Part shown: one piece after another, positions 61,122 to 64,000 of the stretch
Layout: every line of letters starts with the position of its first letter
Position numbering within the stretch: the first letter of the stretch is position 1
NCBI GenBank assembly: GCA_043228905.1
Contig: JBHGNT010000005.1
Span: 13,578,001-13,642,000, forward strand
Reading direction: 5' to 3'
Source: Azolla caroliniana
Taxonomy: Eukaryota > Plantae > Polypodiophyta
DNA length: 64,000 nucleotides
Made by a program: the position numbers and the translations under genes
Notes under the pieces: generated by a model
What the model saw: the letters and a program-made list of their open reading frames with translations, nothing else
Database searches by the model: none
Told to the model about the DNA's origin: nothing

Positions 61122-63951
61122 CTAACATTCATCTTGAGCTAGGATCAAACTCTCCATGAGATTCGTAGTTAATCTTGCAACATCCTTCTGCTCACAATTC
61201 TCTCGTGTCCACTGACCCTTGAAATGTTGTCGCCACTTCGGGAAGAATCTTTCTACACACTTCCACACATCTGTACGTGGTGTTTCACTCCAAATAAATA
61301 AATCAACGTATTGCACAACCCACTCCAGAAATTGATTTGCGTCCCTCCTTGGTGTCATATATTGCACACTCGTCAGGACTTTATCAAACTCCAAGATCAA
61401 GGCTTTTCTTTTGACTTCTAATGGTTTAGGTTTCCATTCCTCTAACTGAGCCTCTATTACACCAATTACTAGTAGCACACGATCAATTTCAATCAACTCA
61501 ACTTCTGTCGGCACAATTGGTGTCCTTTTCCTCTTCAAACCCCTGGTCGACTGTATTGGGCTTGGCTTCACATTCTGGTGTTCTTGTGTTGTCGACTTAG
61601 TCATTGGCTCAGTGCATGTAGATACTGATCTGGTCAATATCGGCCCACTGGAATCACATGCTGCATCTACCTGCAAAATCAGATCATCTGTGAAACATGC
61701 TTGATCAACTTACATGACCAGATCATTTGTGTCAGTTACTACATCTACTTTCAAGATGTGGCCCTCTAAACACGCAGCAACATCAACAGTTTCCACACTG
61801 CCATACCCCTTAGGAGAAATAGATTCAAACCCTTTAGACTTTGGAACATCAGAAAACACCAACATATTCACACTCACAAAGTAACTAACAGTCTCACAAA
61901 ACAACATAATGAACATAAAATATTTCCATCATAGAACAACATGAACATAATTATCTTGGAGAAACATCATAGAGTTCCATTACATAATGTGGATCAAGCA
62001 ACAACCAATATGAGGTTTAACTTGTCCAAATAGATCATAGTAAAAATTCATAAAACCCTAGGAAAATTGCTAACAATCATATCCCACTAATAAGTATTTC
62101 GCTCCAATTCAAGAGTCCCTTGACCGATTAACTGGACTTGTCCCCTATTGCGACCCCTTCTTTAGCCTTTTTCTAGCCGATTGCCCATTTAGCCTTGCTT
62201 CTTTGACCCATTGCACAAGTGTCCTCCTCCGACAACCTTTCCATCACCTCAACAACGGCTTGCACATCAGCCGCGTCTTGTGCTAGCTTTTCCAGTACAA
62301 TGGGATCTATTTGGACATTATCAGTAGTTGGGCTCAATGGGGTGGAATCAAGGTTTTGGGATTCGAAGACATGTTGCATCAAGTGTTTAAAAACACTATT
62401 GTTGTGAACCTCAGATTTGCATGTCGTTTCCAATATTTCATGGCTTTTCACATTGTTGCCTAATTCAGTACCATCTTCCAAAAGAATAGGGTGGAGCTGA
62501 TCTGAAGGAGATGTGATAGTAGGACTCTTACTTTCAGCCACGTTGGCAACTATCTCCTCATCGGTTGCGCAGCATCATCAGCACCAGATACCTCATGCAC
62601 CCTCCTTAATCCACAAGATTCTACAACAACATGGTTGCGAATTACGTAGTACCATAGTTTAGTTGAGTAGTTAATTAGCGAGCTAGTAGCTAATTAGCTA
62701 CTACCATACCTAAGAGAAGTACCTAATTAGCTTAGTGGTAGCTAATTAGCTATTGTCATAGTCTAGACAAATAGCTAGTTAGCTAATTAGCTACTGTACT
62801 AAACTATGGTAGTAGCTAATTAGCTACCACTTACCTAATTAGCTACTCAACTAAAGTATGGTAGTAACTAATTCGCTAAGTGGTAGCTAATTCGCTATTG
62901 CACTAAACTATGGTAGTAGCTAATTAGCTAAGTGGTAGCTAATTAGCTATTGCACTAAACTATGGTAGTAGCTAATTAGCTACCACTTAGCTAATTAGCT
63001 ACTATACTAAACTATGGTAGTAGCTAATTAGCTACTCAGCTAACTATGGTAGTAGCTAATTAGCTACTCTATTAAACAATGGTAGTAACTAATTAGCTAC
63101 TCAGCTAACGTATGGTAGTAGCTAATTAGCTACTCAGCTAACATTTGGTAGTAGCTAATTAGCTACTGTACTAAACTATGGTCGTGGCTAATTAGCTTCC
63201 ACTTAGCGAATTAACAAGTCAGCTGAAGTCCGGTAGTAGCTAATTAGCTACTGTACTAAAGTATGGTAGTAGCTAATTAGCTACTGTAGTAAACTATGGT
63301 AGTAGCTAATTAGCTACTGGGCTAAAGTATGGTGGTAGTTAATTAGTTACTCAACTAAACTATAGTAGTACATAATTAGCTATTGTATTCAACTCTAGTA
63401 GTAGCTAATTAGCTACCACTTAGCGACTTAGTTACTGAACTAAACTATGGTAGTAGCTAATTTAATAGGTATTGTACTAAACTATGGTAGTAGATAATTG
63501 GCTACCACTTAGCTAATTAGCTACTCTGCTAAAGTATGGTTGTAGCTAATTAGCTACCACTTAACTAATTAGCTATTACACTACAACCATAACAACTAAA
63601 TAGTTTCCACACTTTATACGGCTTACCTAATTAGCAAAGATGGAACTAATTAGCTACACTATGGTCACAAGAAGCAATTTTACTTGTTAGTCTTCTCCAC
63701 TCATCTGGGAGAGTTGTACTACAATCCCCCAAAGAGAATGCAACAATGCGACAGGCATATTAAAAACAAACGATGTGGTATGTGTGTTGGCATCGTTGTA
63801 GGTGAACCAACAGAGTAGCAGATTTGTCATCTACATGTAATCCACAAGAGATGCAACATGCTTGAACAGTCAATATATCGTCTCTTGGTTCTCCTTCATT
63901 TGGTAAGGGAGCAAGAAGGTTCAGGTCCATTTCTTGTCGGCTCCTTACCAT
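61122..63951 (-). pseudogene. Intron-containing gene remnant with an N-terminal RING-like zinc finger, convergent with the transposase
   Basis: CISC...RCQHTYHIVCF*..DC..LPDEW at 63690-63951; low-complexity acidic ORF 62173-62541; helical 184-aa ORF 61122-61676; satellite-filled gap. Confidence 0.5.
62645..63660. repeat. Satellite TAGCTAATTAGCTA (array 2)
   Basis: Same 33/19-bp units as array 1. Confidence 0.92.
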
Positions 63952-64000
63952 CCCCTCTACAAAATGTAGCTGCTTCTTAAGACAGTTAACTACCTGTTCT

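Noticed and set aside
57510-63660. CRISPR-like array (palindromic repeat with spacers)
   Set aside because: Spacers are themselves repeated and short, there are no cas genes, and the context is eukaryotic and intronic; it is a satellite

Overview
Repeat-saturated land-plant DNA, most likely a non-seed plant such as a fern (inferred from the Tcn1-type chromovirus, Trp-primed Gypsy, Sola-like transposase and CCCTAAA repeats). No intact host gene is visible. Bases 1-57100 are a nested stack of LTR retrotransposons that can be reconstructed from LTR pairs and target-site duplications (TSDs). An old minus-strand Gypsy (B, about 1354-41130) contains Copia A (2781-15098; holding two solo LTRs and a young chromovirus at 7052-12719) and Gypsy C (15132-39377; holding Copia D, Copia E inside D, a solo LTR, Trp-primed Gypsy B2 and a deleted Copia J). 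Next come Gypsy remnant H, Copia F inside H and Gypsy G (44192-52471) inside F, then a telomere-repeat junction and another Gypsy fragment. Bases 57100-64000 hold a decayed DDE (Sola2-like) transposase and a convergent RING-finger pseudogene; both have introns filled with a palindromic TAGCTAATTAGCTA satellite. Two observations stand out. (1) Three related Gypsy elements (C, G, H) have no polypurine tract. Instead, 2 nt before the 3' LTR they carry a conserved 40-nt mimic of the 3' end of tRNA-Arg (T-arm plus acceptor-CCA), suggesting tRNA- or tRNA-mimic-primed plus-strand synthesis. (2) LTRs of three different families carry an antisense tRNA-type A-box/B-box module with identical tRNA-like spacing. 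Self-priming and -1 frameshift signals are also readable in the chromovirus. All alignments were done by eye and family names are provisional.
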